DNA of 63,925 nt, the filler included, from Reclinomonas americana ATCC 50394 (Eukaryota), in the NCBI GenBank assembly GCA_048213135.1. It is 6 parts of 4 records of this genome, joined end to end, with 100 filler letters (N's around TTAATTAATTAA, not from the genome) between each part and the next. Parts side by side here need not be neighbours in the genome. Positions count along the whole stretch, not along the records: positions 62,484 to 63,925 come from PS015021.1; 5 more parts are not named here. One strand, given 5' to 3'. Within the stretch, counting starts at the first letter, position 1; every line of letters begins with the position of its first letter. Below the pieces are notes generated by a model. It saw only the letters and a list, made by a program, of their open reading frames with translations, ran no database searches and was not told the origin of the DNA. The position numbers and the translations under genes are program-made. This document shows, piece by piece, positions 62,969 to 63,925 of this stretch.

Positions 62969-63925
62969 GTGTGCAGAGGAGGAGGAGGTCGCGTGTGTTC
63001 TTTTTTGTTTGTTTGTGTGTTGATGCCATTGTTTCTCTTTCATGTCACGATTTCGTGGACTGCTTTTTTGGTTGCTTGCCGCTGCTGCGTTTTTGGCATG
63101 ATTATCGGTATATATCCTTGCTGGGCCTGCCGTCATGTCGGAGATCAGAAGGGTTTCGTGCATGCAAAGTCACAAAGAATTGCAATTGCGCCCTTGTGAG
63201 ATGCTTGTTCTCCCTGCGTTGGGAAGGGGAGGGAGGGAGAGAGGGGGAAGTGTATGTGCGTGTGTGTGTGTGTGTGGCAGCAGAGTGACGGAGAGAAAAC
63301 AGTGCAAGCAAGCTGATGTAATGCAAGTGGAAAAACATGTGTGTAGTCATGCAAGTCAGCAGCAGCGTCGTGTGTCCTCCCGATCGCCCGTCTTTCACCG
63401 CTGCACGAACAGCAAGTGAGCGAAAGAACCCCTTCACCCAAAGCCAATCAAACGCGTGTTGGCCTCAAAGGATTTCGTGGCGCAAATGGTGTCAGCGGCC
63501 TACGTAGACGCTGAACTCGTTGAAGCTGGGTGCGCATGCAGCAGTAGCGGTATACCATAAGTAACGAATCGATATCAAAATCCCTTGCCGCGCGCTCGTT
63601 GGCATGTACGCATGAATATGCACAAGGACACAGAGGGTTCCCAAGGCCACAATAGCCCGAGGTGAAGGAGACCAACCGCACGCTGACATGTGCGACACAA
63701 ACCCGCGTGTTTCTTGGGCAAGTAGTGCTTCGAATTCGTTGTGACCGTTATTTGAGTTCGCGCGCACGCAAGGCTCAATCATTTGTCTTCGTTGCATCGG
63801 CGTTGAGCGAACACCGCACCCCACTCTCCCTCTGTTGCGCTTCTAGTGAGTTTCACCACCCACTCTTGCTCTGTGCTCACGCGTGCACAGATTCATCATA
63901 CCGATAAAACCGTACTCATCAACGA

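Noticed and set aside
1-63925. Alternative genetic code or stop-codon readthrough
   Set aside because: In-frame stops in the reconstructed genes are explained by introns; TAA, TGA and apparently TAG all end genes
63360-63925. Complex non-repetitive sequence as a possible ncRNA or gene
   Set aside because: No tRNA, snRNA, SRP or RNase P motif and no convincing spliced frame found by eye

Overview
Gene-dense, intron-rich eukaryotic draft scaffold (GT-AG introns mostly about 60-100 nt, CTCAC/CTGAC branch sites, CA/GA microsatellites). It is probably from a free-living protist, possibly an amoebozoan; that is inferred from gene content only. The supplied ORF track is mostly uninformative because genes are spliced, so I reconstructed exons by hand. 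About 20 genes can be supported: Zn2Cys6 transcription factor, P-loop ATPase, ADP-ribosylglycohydrolase fused to a DCN1-like domain, GT31 glycosyltransferase, SAM synthetase, VPS28, OXNAD1-like reductase, WW-WW-RING ligase, WD40 protein, SPC25, cathepsin L-like protease, HINT, GGT, a bacterial-type Fe-S oxidoreductase (RFO/GlpC-like), two paralogous polycystin-1-like receptors lying tail-to-tail, UMP-CMP kinase, an ankyrin protein and an NmrA-like protein. The most striking signals are: (1) a frequent class of splice donors, GTTGCG, that lacks +5G and is never preceded by G (22 sites by manual count), consistent with systematic use of a +1-shifted U1 pairing register; (2) a convergent pair of polycystin-1-like genes without PLAT or channel domains, one with a giant NHL/IPT/REJ/GPS ectodomain; (3) an in-frame ARH-DCN1-like fusion; (4) a METTL16-like hairpin at a SAM synthetase 3' splice site. 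The assembly has artificial 100-bp linkers and at least three mis-oriented contigs. All family assignments come from motif recognition by eye, not database searches.
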